Assembly (NCBI GenBank): GCA_031276365.1 | Contig: JAISNG010000110.1 | Location: 1 to 35,139, forward strand | Direction of reading: 5' to 3' | Source of the DNA: Campylobacteraceae bacterium | GTDB taxonomy: Bacteria; Campylobacterota; Campylobacteria; Campylobacterales; Campylobacteraceae | DNA: 35,139 nt | Shown here: positions 1 to 7,877 of the stretch, one piece after another | Layout: the number at the start of each line of letters is the position of its first letter | Numbering within the stretch: the stretch's first letter is position 1 | Made by a program: the position numbers and the translations under genes | Notes under the pieces: generated by a model | What the model saw: the letters and a program-made list of their open reading frames with translations, nothing else | Database searches by the model: none | What the model was told of the DNA's origin: nothing

Positions 1-3
1 AAA

Positions 4-288
4 ATGAAACTAAAGAAAAACATGAAAAGCGATTTTGACGAGCTTTTAAAAGAGGATGGTGTTTTTGATGAAGTCAATGATATAGCGATAAAAAGAGTAA
101 TCGCTTATCAATTGGAACAAGAGATGAAAATCCAAAACATCACAAAGACTAAAATGGCTGAGATGATGCATACAAGCAGAGCGGCAGTCAATCGCTTGTT
201 AAATCCCGATAATAAGTCATTGACTTTGGATACATTGCAGTCAGCGATAAATGTATTGGGCAAAAAACTACATATTGCTATCGTGTAA
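4..288 (+). CDS. XRE/HigA-type helix-turn-helix protein (antitoxin-like)
   Basis: 94-aa ORF. It has an acidic N-terminal stretch followed by an HTH (KTKMAEMMHTSRAAVNRLLNPDNKSLTLDTL), typical of HigA-like antitoxins. The ATG is at nt 4, so any upstream partner lies outside the window. Confidence 0.6.
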   Translation: MKLKKNMKSDFDELLKEDGVFDEVNDIAIKRVIAYQLEQEMKIQNITKTKMAEMMHTSRAAVNRLLNPDNKSLTLDTLQSAINVLGKKLHIAIV

Positions 289-420
289 AAATATCGGCGA
301 AAATAACGCCGTTCCCGTATAAAAATATCGCAAAAAATACATATATTTTTTGATTATTTTCATATTTTATACCATAAAACACTTGACAAGTATAGTATAT
401 TTTACTACATAATCAAATTT

Positions 421-448
421 AGCCCGCAATAATTAACGGGCTTTTGTT
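421..448 (+). terminator. Rho-independent terminator-like hairpin
   Basis: AGCCCG (421-426) pairs with CGGGCT (437-442) around a 10-nt loop, followed by TTTTGTT. Confidence 0.5.
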
Positions 449-472
449 AAATTGCGCTAATAGCAAATCACT

Positions 473-1213
473 TTATGGCTTATTGCTATCAAATATAATT
501 CCATTTGCCGTCAAAATATTAGCAGTTTGAGACGGACTGTCTGGCATATTATTTGCTGTAACGATAGCTCCTCCAAGTACGTCTAACTTTATGGGATAAT
601 CAGCGGAATCTATAGTTGGGTTTGGAATATATGCGGTTCCGCCTGTTATTCTTATTGGGGAATATGGTGCCCCACTTCCTCCATATGGTTGAGTAGATAC
701 AAAAGTACTATTGGGCAAATTAATATAGGCAGACGTTGTATACAATGGACCTGTTCCTGCTTGAAAAGTATTAGATGAACCGACAACAGATGAATTGGCG
801 GCCGCAAAAATAATGAAGCTTAGATTGCCGTTATGTATAAAAGATTTTGATGCACCAAAGAAAATAGTACTACCGTTTTCCAAAGTAAACATGACACTAT
901 TAACTCCACCATTAATTGTTATAGATTGATTGAAAATCGGAGTTTTTGCATTATTTATAACAAAAATATATTGCCATGAACCGCTCGTTGTTCCTGTTGT
1001 TACGGCATCTTGACCTGTTATTTGGCACCAAGACAAATCAACATTTTTGATTGTAGTAGTTCCTGACAATGAATAACCAGACAACAATTGAATTGTTCCT
1101 GTAACACCATTTGTATGCTGTAAAGCAGAAACATAATTTAATGCTGACTGCAAAGAAGGATAGTCTCCATTTGCGCCTACTGTGATTGTAAAATCATTTA
1201 TGGCTTTTTCCAT
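473..1213 (-). CDS. Right-handed beta-helix (pectin-lyase-fold-like) protein; possible tail spike / depolymerase-type accessory protein
   Basis: 246-aa ORF with RBS AAAGGA. It is Gly/Asn/Ser/Thr-rich with repetitive short beta-strand periodicity, and the N-terminal GDYPSLQSALNYV resembles the start of pectin-lyase-fold enzymes. The gene is AT-rich, has its own upstream AT-rich promoter region, and lies beyond gpD. Confidence 0.4.
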   Translation of the reverse strand: MEKAINDFTITVGANGDYPSLQSALNYVSALQHTNGVTGTIQLLSGYSLSGTTTIKNVDLSWCQITGQDAVTTGTTSGSWQYIFVINNAKTPIFNQSITINGGVNSVMFTLENGSTIFFGASKSFIHNGNLSFIIFAAANSSVVGSSNTFQAGTGPLYTTSAYINLPNSTFVSTQPYGGSGAPYSPIRITGGTAYIPNPTIDSADYPIKLDVLGGAIVTANNMPDSPSQTANILTANGIIFDSNKP

Positions 1214-1392
1214 TTTTATCCTTTAATGAATATATTGGGATTTTAATCCGCCGCTACTCACACAAAAAAGTTATTCATAGGCAACTCCTGAAAAAATTTG
1301 TATTATTGTAATATATATAAATAAAAATTATCTAAAAACGATGAATTAATTGGTTCATCACAATTTATATTTTATGCTTCAAGTGAGGGCGG

Positions 1393-2355
1393 TTAGCCCT
1401 CAAATTCAACCGATATTTTATAGCCTGAGCCGTCAAAGCTGTGCGATATGCTTATGGCTGTAAATTCTCGGTTGATTTCATTGATTTTAAATTTTTGACC
1501 GACGCGGAACTCTTGCCCTTGCGTTTCCAAGTTTCCAGTTACGCCGCCGCTTTGCAGGTCCCTAAGCTTTGCCTCTCCTATTTTTATAGCTTCGGTGTCG
1601 GATTTTGGTTCGCTTATCCTCATTTTATATATTTGCGTTGTACCGCTGCCTATTTTTAACTCTTTAATGACGCCTTCGTTTTTATCTTTCCACTCTACTA
1701 TAACTGCATCATATACATTTCGGTTTGCATCGGTAATCTCCAAGGAGTATAAAGAGTCAAGTGCAAGCTTTTTAATCGTCAGAGCATTAGTAGAACCGAT
1801 TGTTCTAACTTCATCAATTTTTACACTTTTATCTCTAACATAAATCGTATTGTTTTTTTGAAAAATACGAAATCCAAACTTGTATCCCAATAAAGTTAAA
1901 AATGCCATATTCGGCGTGTTATTTTGCAATTCTGACGCAATTGCACACTCTTTTGCAGACGCAGGGATATCAAAGTCCAATTTTTCCTCTTCCGCAATTG
2001 TTTTTACGATATTTTCTAAATTTGTATTATTCCAATTGCGTGATTTTCTCTCTTTTTGCGCTGTTGCGAAATTCACGGCGGTTGCTCTTACCTCCGTTGT
2101 TTTTTCAACATAGTTTTTTGTAATGGTTTGCACGCTAAATGCGCCGCATAAAAAGAGCTTGCCCTCGTATCCAAGATGTAATTCAAGTTTTGTTCCGAAC
2201 GGTTTTTTTTCATATAATCCCGCAAGTGTGAAACTTATCTCGTCGCTTTGTAGATTCTCTTTATCGTCATAACTTAAACTTATAAGATTTTTTGCAATTT
2301 TTTGCGTTATATCTCTATTATCTGCAATAAGTTTAAACGACGGTTTGATTACCAT
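1393..2355 (-). CDS. gpD: P2 gpD-like tail protein (late control D family)
   Basis: 320 aa, last gene of the U-X-D block. The N-terminal KPSFKLIADNRDIT and overall layout are typical of the phage_GPD family. Its start overlaps the gpX stop. Confidence 0.85.
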   Translation of the reverse strand: MVIKPSFKLIADNRDITQKIAKNLISLSYDDKENLQSDEISFTLAGLYEKKPFGTKLELHLGYEGKLFLCGAFSVQTITKNYVEKTTEVRATAVNFATAQKERKSRNWNNTNLENIVKTIAEEEKLDFDIPASAKECAIASELQNNTPNMAFLTLLGYKFGFRIFQKNNTIYVRDKSVKIDEVRTIGSTNALTIKKLALDSLYSLEITDANRNVYDAVIVEWKDKNEGVIKELKIGSGTTQIYKMRISEPKSDTEAIKIGEAKLRDLQSGGVTGNLETQGQEFRVGQKFKINEINREFTAISISHSFDGSGYKISVEFEG

Positions 2356-2540
2356 AACGGCGCCTCTTTTTTGGTTTCGTTTTTGGGTGTATCGGGCAAA
2401 TAAACTATATCTTCATCCTCTAAAAGAGGCTTCAATCTTGCATTCAACATTAAAATTTGTTCAAATTGTTCAAGCGTGCCATAATATTTATAAACAATAG
2501 TATCAAGCCGTTCGCCTGTATGCGCTATATATTTAACCAT
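2349..2540 (-). CDS. gpX: P2 gpX-like tail protein X (LysM-like)
   Basis: 63 aa. GERLDTIVYKYYG...ILMLN...LP...APLW matches the P2 gpX pattern (GDTLDAICVRYYG...NLWE). Confidence 0.85.
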   Translation of the reverse strand: MVKYIAHTGERLDTIVYKYYGTLEQFEQILMLNARLKPLLEDEDIVYLPDTPKNETKKEAPLW

Positions 2541-2910
2541 TATAATCCCTTATAAGTTTCAATGTAAAATTTTGCGCCAAAAATGCGCCGTTGGGCATTA
2601 AAGCGCCTTGTTCCTCGTCTATGCTTGTTATCACAAACTTGCCTAAAACCTTACCTGTTCCAGTTGCAAGCGTATAAGACTTTTGTTCTCGCGCTAACGC
2701 ATAAAGCTTGTCCATAACACTGTTTTTAGCTCCCCTTAATGGGAGCGTTACGCAGGCTATCTCTATCTCCTCCTTTTGTTTTTTATTTGCGCCCAAAAGG
2801 GCGTAATTTCCCATGCGCTCCTGCGCATTAATATTATAATCCGTACTGCGCTTGAGTGTTTGCGGGAGAACGGCGCTTTCAAATTTAAATCCGCCGAGAG
2901 AATATATCAT
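2533..2910 (-). CDS. gpU: P2 gpU-like tail protein
   Basis: 125 aa. LGGFKFES..LPQTLKRSTDYN resembles the P2 gpU N-terminus, and the gene sits between the tape measure and X. Confidence 0.8.
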   Translation of the reverse strand: MIYSLGGFKFESAVLPQTLKRSTDYNINAQERMGNYALLGANKKQKEEIEIACVTLPLRGAKNSVMDKLYALAREQKSYTLATGTGKVLGKFVITSIDEEQGALMPNGAFLAQNFTLKLIRDYNG

Positions 2911-5063
2911 GCGAGACTCCTATTTTGAGCTATTTGTTTATCTTTTTCGAGAGAGCTTTTTACTGCGTTAACAAGCTCTTTTTTGAACTCTTTGAAGTCA
3001 AATTTTCCGTCTTTGCCTGCCGCGATTAGAAAATCCCCGTTAAAAGTAACATTTACACTTCCGCCCATACTGCCCGAGTCTATACTATAATTTTCACCGC
3101 TCGGTTCATAGGCATCGTTTATAACATTGCTTGTCTCTATGCTTTTGTTTTCGTTTAATTCAACATTTTCATCGTCTCCGAAACCTAAAAAACTTTTGAT
3201 GCCGCCCCACCATTCGCCTATTTTTTTGCCTATATTTCCTACCCATTCAAATTTACTGCCCAGCCAATCCAATGCCGCGCCTATACCTTTTAGCATCAAT
3301 CCCAAAGGCGACCATTCAAAAACCGTTTTTATGCCGTCCCAGACTGTAGAACAAATCGTGCCGAGCCAACCCATTTTATTTGCGACCCAAACGACTGCAG
3401 CAACAAGCGCGGCAATGGCGATAATAATCAACCCGATAGGATTTAAACTCATAACTACATTCAATATCCCCTGCACAATAGTCCATGACTTTATAGCTTT
3501 TATTATCGCTCCTACCCAGCCAAACATAAATTTTATACCGCCTCCTGCAAGAACAAGCGCGCCATTTAAAAAATTAACGCTATTTGTAAAAAGTATCGTT
3601 TTTATCGTTGTAAGCTTCAAAACGATTGATTTTTTTATCAGTGCCGCAGTGCTTACAGTTGTTGCGCCGCTCTCGCCAAGAGTTGCGATTTTTGAAAAAA
3701 TGGAGGCGTTAGCGGCATTTAGAGTTGCTATCTTCAAAGTGTTTTTTGCTATAGCCGCGGCGATAGAAACGGTTTTTAAAAGCATAAATGCGCTAATGCT
3801 GTATATAATAATTTTTGTTAAATTTTTATACTCATTCATAAAATCAACAATATTTTTTACCACGACAGCAAGACCGCTTGCAAGAGTTTTTAACAGCGGT
3901 AAAAATGTATCGCCTATGCTTATGCCAAGTTCGGCAAAAGCGTTTTTCATTTTTGTTATGGCAACTCCTGTCGTTTTATTGCGTTCGTCAAACTCTCTTT
4001 GCATGCTTCCTGCGTATTTTGTCTTATTCGAAACCGAATCAAGAGCCTTATCATACTGCCCCATACTGCCGACCAATAACGCTATATCGTCGCTGACACC
4101 CTCGCCAAAAAGACTTTTGATGACTTGCGGCAAATCCCCTTTATCTACACTTGAAAGTGCGTCCAAAAACACATTTATAGCTCCTTGCGCGTCAGTTGCT
4201 ATCATATCTTTCATATCTTCAGCGGTTAGCCCTATTTGTTCAAGCGTATCTTGGAACTCTTTGCCTTGCCCTAAGGCTGTTGAGAGAGTTAAAAGCATAG
4301 AGTTTATGGCAGTTCCTGCTATCTGTGGACTTTTGCCGAGAGATAAAAAGGTAGATGAGAGCGCAGCGGCTTGGTCTCCTGTCAAGCCAAACATTTTTGC
4401 ATTGCCGCCGATGCGCGCCATGACTTCCGTTACATCTCTTGCTTTAACGCCAATAGTGTTTGAGACAGTATTCATAGCATCGCCAAGCTCCTTAGCCTCT
4501 TCAATGCTAAGAGCGTAAACATTCATTATCGTTGCCATAGAACGGCTTGCGTCGTCCGCGCTCATATCAAACGCCGTTTTCATTTTCGCAACAATTTCGG
4601 TAAACTCCATCAGCTTGTCTGTTGCGATACCCATTTGCCCGCCTGACGCAGTAATAGACGCAAGTTCAGCCGCGGCAAGAGGAATATCGCGCGTAAGATG
4701 TTTTATCTGCTGCGAAAAAAGTTCTTCCTGCTCTTGGCTTGTAAAATTGACAACTTTTTTTATATCTGCCATGGCGTTTTCATAGTCAATCGCAAGCGAT
4801 ACGGATTTGCCTCCGCCAAGCATGGCGCCTATCTTTCCTATGCCCATAAGTTTGCTTTTGAGCGCACTGTTATTTGCTTGCAAAGAGCTTATTTCGGATA
4901 GATTTTTATCATAGGTTTTTAATTCACTTTGTAAGCCTTCAATGCCTGCTTTTGTTTTTTTCGCCATTTCGCTAAGCTCTTTTAAACCTGTCGTAACCGT
5001 TTTAATATTCGTAAGTCCGTGTGCTGCAAAACCTACCGCTATACCTAAAACCATCTTTTCCAT
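2907..5063 (-). CDS. Tail tape measure protein
   Basis: 718 aa, helical and Ala/Gly-rich, with a hydrophobic central segment. It lies downstream of the tail chaperone genes. Confidence 0.9.
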   Translation of the reverse strand: MEKMVLGIAVGFAAHGLTNIKTVTTGLKELSEMAKKTKAGIEGLQSELKTYDKNLSEISSLQANNSALKSKLMGIGKIGAMLGGGKSVSLAIDYENAMADIKKVVNFTSQEQEELFSQQIKHLTRDIPLAAAELASITASGGQMGIATDKLMEFTEIVAKMKTAFDMSADDASRSMATIMNVYALSIEEAKELGDAMNTVSNTIGVKARDVTEVMARIGGNAKMFGLTGDQAAALSSTFLSLGKSPQIAGTAINSMLLTLSTALGQGKEFQDTLEQIGLTAEDMKDMIATDAQGAINVFLDALSSVDKGDLPQVIKSLFGEGVSDDIALLVGSMGQYDKALDSVSNKTKYAGSMQREFDERNKTTGVAITKMKNAFAELGISIGDTFLPLLKTLASGLAVVVKNIVDFMNEYKNLTKIIIYSISAFMLLKTVSIAAAIAKNTLKIATLNAANASIFSKIATLGESGATTVSTAALIKKSIVLKLTTIKTILFTNSVNFLNGALVLAGGGIKFMFGWVGAIIKAIKSWTIVQGILNVVMSLNPIGLIIIAIAALVAAVVWVANKMGWLGTICSTVWDGIKTVFEWSPLGLMLKGIGAALDWLGSKFEWVGNIGKKIGEWWGGIKSFLGFGDDENVELNENKSIETSNVINDAYEPSGENYSIDSGSMGGSVNVTFNGDFLIAAGKDGKFDFKEFKKELVNAVKSSLEKDKQIAQNRSLA

Positions 5064-5065
5064 AC

Positions 5066-5090
5066 ATTTTCCCTAATTTTGTGCTATAAT
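5066..5090 (+). promoter_or_regulatory. Sigma70-type promoter with extended -10 (TGCTATAAT) and T-rich -16
   Basis: ATTTTCCCTAATTTTGTGCTATAAT. The -10 ends 7 nt before the ATG at 5098. This block is near-identical to the one in front of the repressor gene (30222-30247). The 14-mer TTTTGTGCTATAAT recurs on the minus strand at 33977-33990. Confidence 0.55.
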
Positions 5091-5097
5091 TATAGAC

Positions 5098-5280
5098 ATG
5101 GAACTAATATCTAAAAAAGATAAGCGATTATCTATAATATTATCGCTTATAGCAGGCACTATCGGCGAAATTTTAACTCCGTCAGAATATCCAGCTGGTA
5201 CGGGATTTATGGCAGGGATAATATTCCTTTTAATTATCATTTTTATAGCCATAATTATCCTTTCAGACTTTACCCGTTAG
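5098..5280 (+). CDS. Small two-TM membrane protein (moron; probably leaderless mRNA)
   Basis: 60-aa ORF with two hydrophobic segments (LSIILSLIAGTIGEIL and GFMAGIIFLLIIIFIAIIIL). It lies in an AT-rich gap between the E' stop and the tape measure start, on the opposite strand, directly behind a consensus promoter. Confidence 0.4.
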   Translation: MELISKKDKRLSIILSLIAGTIGEILTPSEYPAGTGFMAGIIFLLIIIFIAIIILSDFTR

Positions 5281-5643
5281 ACACTTTCAAAATCTTTTCA
5301 GAGCATTTCAAATACTCTCCAAAAACTTTTATATCCATATCTATCATTTCTTTATGCCCAAAGTGCAGCACATGCGCGACAAGAGCGAGAGCTTCTATGC
5401 TCACGCCCCTGCCGCATTCCCTAAAAAACCCGTAATTACCGCCTGAATAGCGTTAAAATCGCTGATATCAAGCGCTTTTATTTCGCTCTCCGTCATATTG
5501 CAGCATCTTGCCGCAACGGATATACCCTGTTTGACTTCGCCTGCATTATTTTCACTTGCCTCAACTATAACGCCGACGGTCGGCGCATGTATAGTTACCT
5601 CTTTGTCTGCAATCTTTAATTTTATAGTTTTACTGCGTGCCAT
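5270..5643 (-). CDS. gpE+E'-like tail chaperone made by programmed -1 frameshift
   Basis: Slippery heptamer T_TTT_TTA in the zero frame (GGT TTT TTA). The -1 frame then stays open for 50 codons (RECGRGVSIEALALVAHVLHFGHKEMIDMDIKVFGEYLKCSEKILKVSNG) to the TAA at 5272-5270. That extension length is comparable to P2 E'. Confidence 0.65.
5401..5643 (-). CDS. gpE: P2 gpE-like tail assembly chaperone (zero-frame product)
   Basis: Start taken at MARSKTIKLK (ATG 5643-5641), preceded by AAGGAG. The gene sits between tube and tape measure as in P2. The longer ORF start at 5718 lacks an RBS and would abut the tube gene. Confidence 0.75.
   Translation of the reverse strand: MARSKTIKLKIADKEVTIHAPTVGVIVEASENNAGEVKQGISVAARCCNMTESEIKALDISDFNAIQAVITGFLGNAAGA
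5422..5428 (-). promoter_or_regulatory. -1 ribosomal frameshift slippery heptamer TTTTTTA
   Basis: Seen directly in the sequence. It lies 6 codons before the gpE stop, the same position and sequence type as the P2 E/E+E' site (TTTTTTG). Confidence 0.65.
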
Positions 5644-5721
5644 TTTTTTCTCCTTAAATTTAGTCCCTAAATTATAGGAACCTCTATTTTTTCGTTCTTT
5701 AACGACTCTAAGAACCAACTC

Positions 5722-6225
5722 TTATGTCAAATTTGCGCGCAAATCTGCAAAGAAATCTCTCCCGCCAATCATGCAAATCATATTCTTTGCATCCACTAAA
5801 ATCACCGGAATACTATCTATCACAAGCGAATAAAAATGTACGCTCACTTTTATCTCCTGCTCTACAACTTCTCCCGCATTCCATGCGCTTGGCGTTATAG
5901 ATACGATATCGCCTGTTACCACAACGATGGCGGGTTTGGACTTGCCCTCATCGTAGATAGAGCCTTTGAAAACCAAAGGCACTCTGTTTTCAAATGTATT
6001 GATGCCGAACGCTAAAAACGTATTGGCGTCAATGATATTCAGCTTAAAACTAAGCTCCATTTTTTCAAGCGCGCCAGCCGCATAATCAGCGCTTACCGCA
6101 CCGTTTGTTTCCACGACTTTTTGCGCAATCGCAGGGAGCTGTAAATCTTTTGTAACTCCCAAATATCCCTTGCCGTCCAAGAATGCGTTTACGTCTTGTA
6201 TTGTATTTGGTACCAATTTTCCCAT
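5722..6225 (-). CDS. FII: Major tail tube protein (P2 FII-like)
   Basis: 167 aa. The N-terminal NAFLDGKGYLGVTKDLQLP resembles P2 FII (LFNDGNNYMGVVESVTLP). It follows the sheath gene. Confidence 0.85.
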   Translation of the reverse strand: MGKLVPNTIQDVNAFLDGKGYLGVTKDLQLPAIAQKVVETNGAVSADYAAGALEKMELSFKLNIIDANTFLAFGINTFENRVPLVFKGSIYDEGKSKPAIVVVTGDIVSITPSAWNAGEVVEQEIKVSVHFYSLVIDSIPVILVDAKNMICMIGGRDFFADLRANLT

Positions 6226-6235
6226 TTTTTTCTCC

Positions 6236-7363
6236 TTAACCTAAATTTGCAAGAAGCGTTTCGCTCCAAGCATCTGAGTAGATAAAATTAAGCTGCAGCG
6301 TTTTTACTATAGGATTATTTTGCATTCTTATGTCAAGGTAAAATTTACCTGCCGTAATGTTTGCTTGAGTGTTTTGCGCCGCATTCCATGACACATCGTA
6401 TCCTACTAACACATTAGCTCCTTTTAAAGCCCTTAAAAGTTCCTCAACGCTAAGTTTTGCATACAACAATTGGTCTGCCCTTTTGTCTATTGCGAACAAA
6501 ACGCCTTTTTGGCAAGCTTCACTAATTCTGTCAAAAATGCGCACCCTTGTTAAATCCTGCCAGACAGCATCTTGGTCAGTAGTCTCTTCTCCCCACAATC
6601 TCCATCCCTCTTGTCTTATTATCGTACCAATGTGAGCAGAACGAAGTCTGTCAGCTTCGCAAGTCTCCCCTAAAATAAACTCTATTGGCCGCTCGGTGCC
6701 AAATGTACCGTTAACTACACGATTTGATACGCTGTCGCTCCAGCCGTATTCCCATTCGCCGTCCGTTTTGGCTCTTAGTCCGGCATAATAAGCAGAAAGC
6801 GGTTCATATACATAATCATTTGTATCTTCACTCCAAACTTTTACTTTTGGATTGAGGAGTAAAACTCTGCGGCTGCCAAAACTGCCCGCTTCAGTTATAG
6901 CCGCCGTTTCGCTCGTCGCTGCCAAATCTATAACTCCCACAGCGTTTAATCTTTCCGCTTCCGCCTGCAATGTACTTGCAACTGCACTAAAATGCGAATA
7001 TTCGGGCGCAATTAGAATATTTGGGATATAATCAAACTCTGCTTTTGCTCTCCTAAACGCCTCTATCGCGTTCCTGCAGGCAGTAGTAGTCTCTCCTTCG
7101 TTTGCGCCGACAGTAAAAACACTAAAAATTACAGGCGTTTCAACAACCTGCTCATCTATAGCGCGAATCGCCTTAAGTATACTGCCCACAGCGTCCGCAT
7201 CTTCTAATACTTTTTTAGCTGCGCTTACGCTGCCGTAGTAATAAAGCCCGTCCTCTATGCCCTCTGCTGTTCCTGCTATGCCGATAGGCGTAATGCTCTG
7301 TATGCTTATCGGTCTTGCGGCTTCCGCGTCTACCGTAATGTTTACACCAAACTGTGCTGCCAT
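6236..7363 (-). CDS. FI: Contractile tail sheath protein (P2 FI-like)
   Basis: 375 aa, immediately upstream of the tube gene, with sheath-like N- and C-terminal regions. Confidence 0.85.
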   Translation of the reverse strand: MAAQFGVNITVDAEAARPISIQSITPIGIAGTAEGIEDGLYYYGSVSAAKKVLEDADAVGSILKAIRAIDEQVVETPVIFSVFTVGANEGETTTACRNAIEAFRRAKAEFDYIPNILIAPEYSHFSAVASTLQAEAERLNAVGVIDLAATSETAAITEAGSFGSRRVLLLNPKVKVWSEDTNDYVYEPLSAYYAGLRAKTDGEWEYGWSDSVSNRVVNGTFGTERPIEFILGETCEADRLRSAHIGTIIRQEGWRLWGEETTDQDAVWQDLTRVRIFDRISEACQKGVLFAIDKRADQLLYAKLSVEELLRALKGANVLVGYDVSWNAAQNTQANITAGKFYLDIRMQNNPIVKTLQLNFIYSDAWSETLLANLG

Positions 7364-7867
7364 TTATTTCTCCTTATTAAAAATTGGAGCGATATACCAC
7401 TCCCAAAAACCAAACTTTAGCGTGCTATAAGCCCGCACCGCCCAAAAGAATAGCTTACATCTCACCCTGCGGTTATTAAGCTGCAGAGCGTCATAAAACC
7501 AATTATCCGCCTGCTTAAACGCTTCTAATGCGCCTTGTCTACCTGCTCTGTTTTTTACTCTTTTCGTCTCTTCGTAAAACCTTATAACGTTGTCATATTG
7601 GTCGTCATGTCCAATACACGCCGCGATGATAGACGGGCTGAACGGGTGAACGCCGAGAATAGAGCAAAAGATAAGAGGTATGCTGCCTCCATCCGTCTTT
7701 GTCCCTTTCTTTACCGTGTAGCCATTTATCGTAAAATCCTCCACGACTTCGTACAGCGCGCTGTTTTTGCCGCCCACAGGACGGATAATCGGCGCGGATA
7801 CAAGCTGTTTTTTTGGCTTTGAGAACCAATTAATAAAAAATCCCGCGATTAAACTAAATACTCCCAT
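7364..7867 (-). CDS. DUF1353-like protein
   Basis: 167 aa with an N-terminal hydrophobic segment. The motif KTDGGSIP matches the DUF1353 hallmark (TDGASIP). It is directly downstream of the long fibre gene. Confidence 0.55.
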   Translation of the reverse strand: MGVFSLIAGFFINWFSKPKKQLVSAPIIRPVGGKNSALYEVVEDFTINGYTVKKGTKTDGGSIPLIFCSILGVHPFSPSIIAACIGHDDQYDNVIRFYEETKRVKNRAGRQGALEAFKQADNWFYDALQLNNRRVRCKLFFWAVRAYSTLKFGFWEWYIAPIFNKEK

Positions 7868-7877
7868 TTTTTGCTCC

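Noticed and set aside
1385-1401. Hairpin GAGGGC-ggtta-GCCCTC at the gpD stop codon, considered as a terminator
   Set aside because: The stem is short and no U-tract follows on the transcribed (minus) strand. It is not convincing as an intrinsic terminator.
3127-4518. 463-aa plus-strand ORF (and 3878-4096, 4698-4901) inside the tape measure gene
   Set aside because: It is antisense to a clearly recognisable tape measure gene. The product is low-complexity and Ser/Pro/Phe-rich, there is no RBS, and it is a typical shadow ORF of an Ala/Gly/Lys-rich gene.
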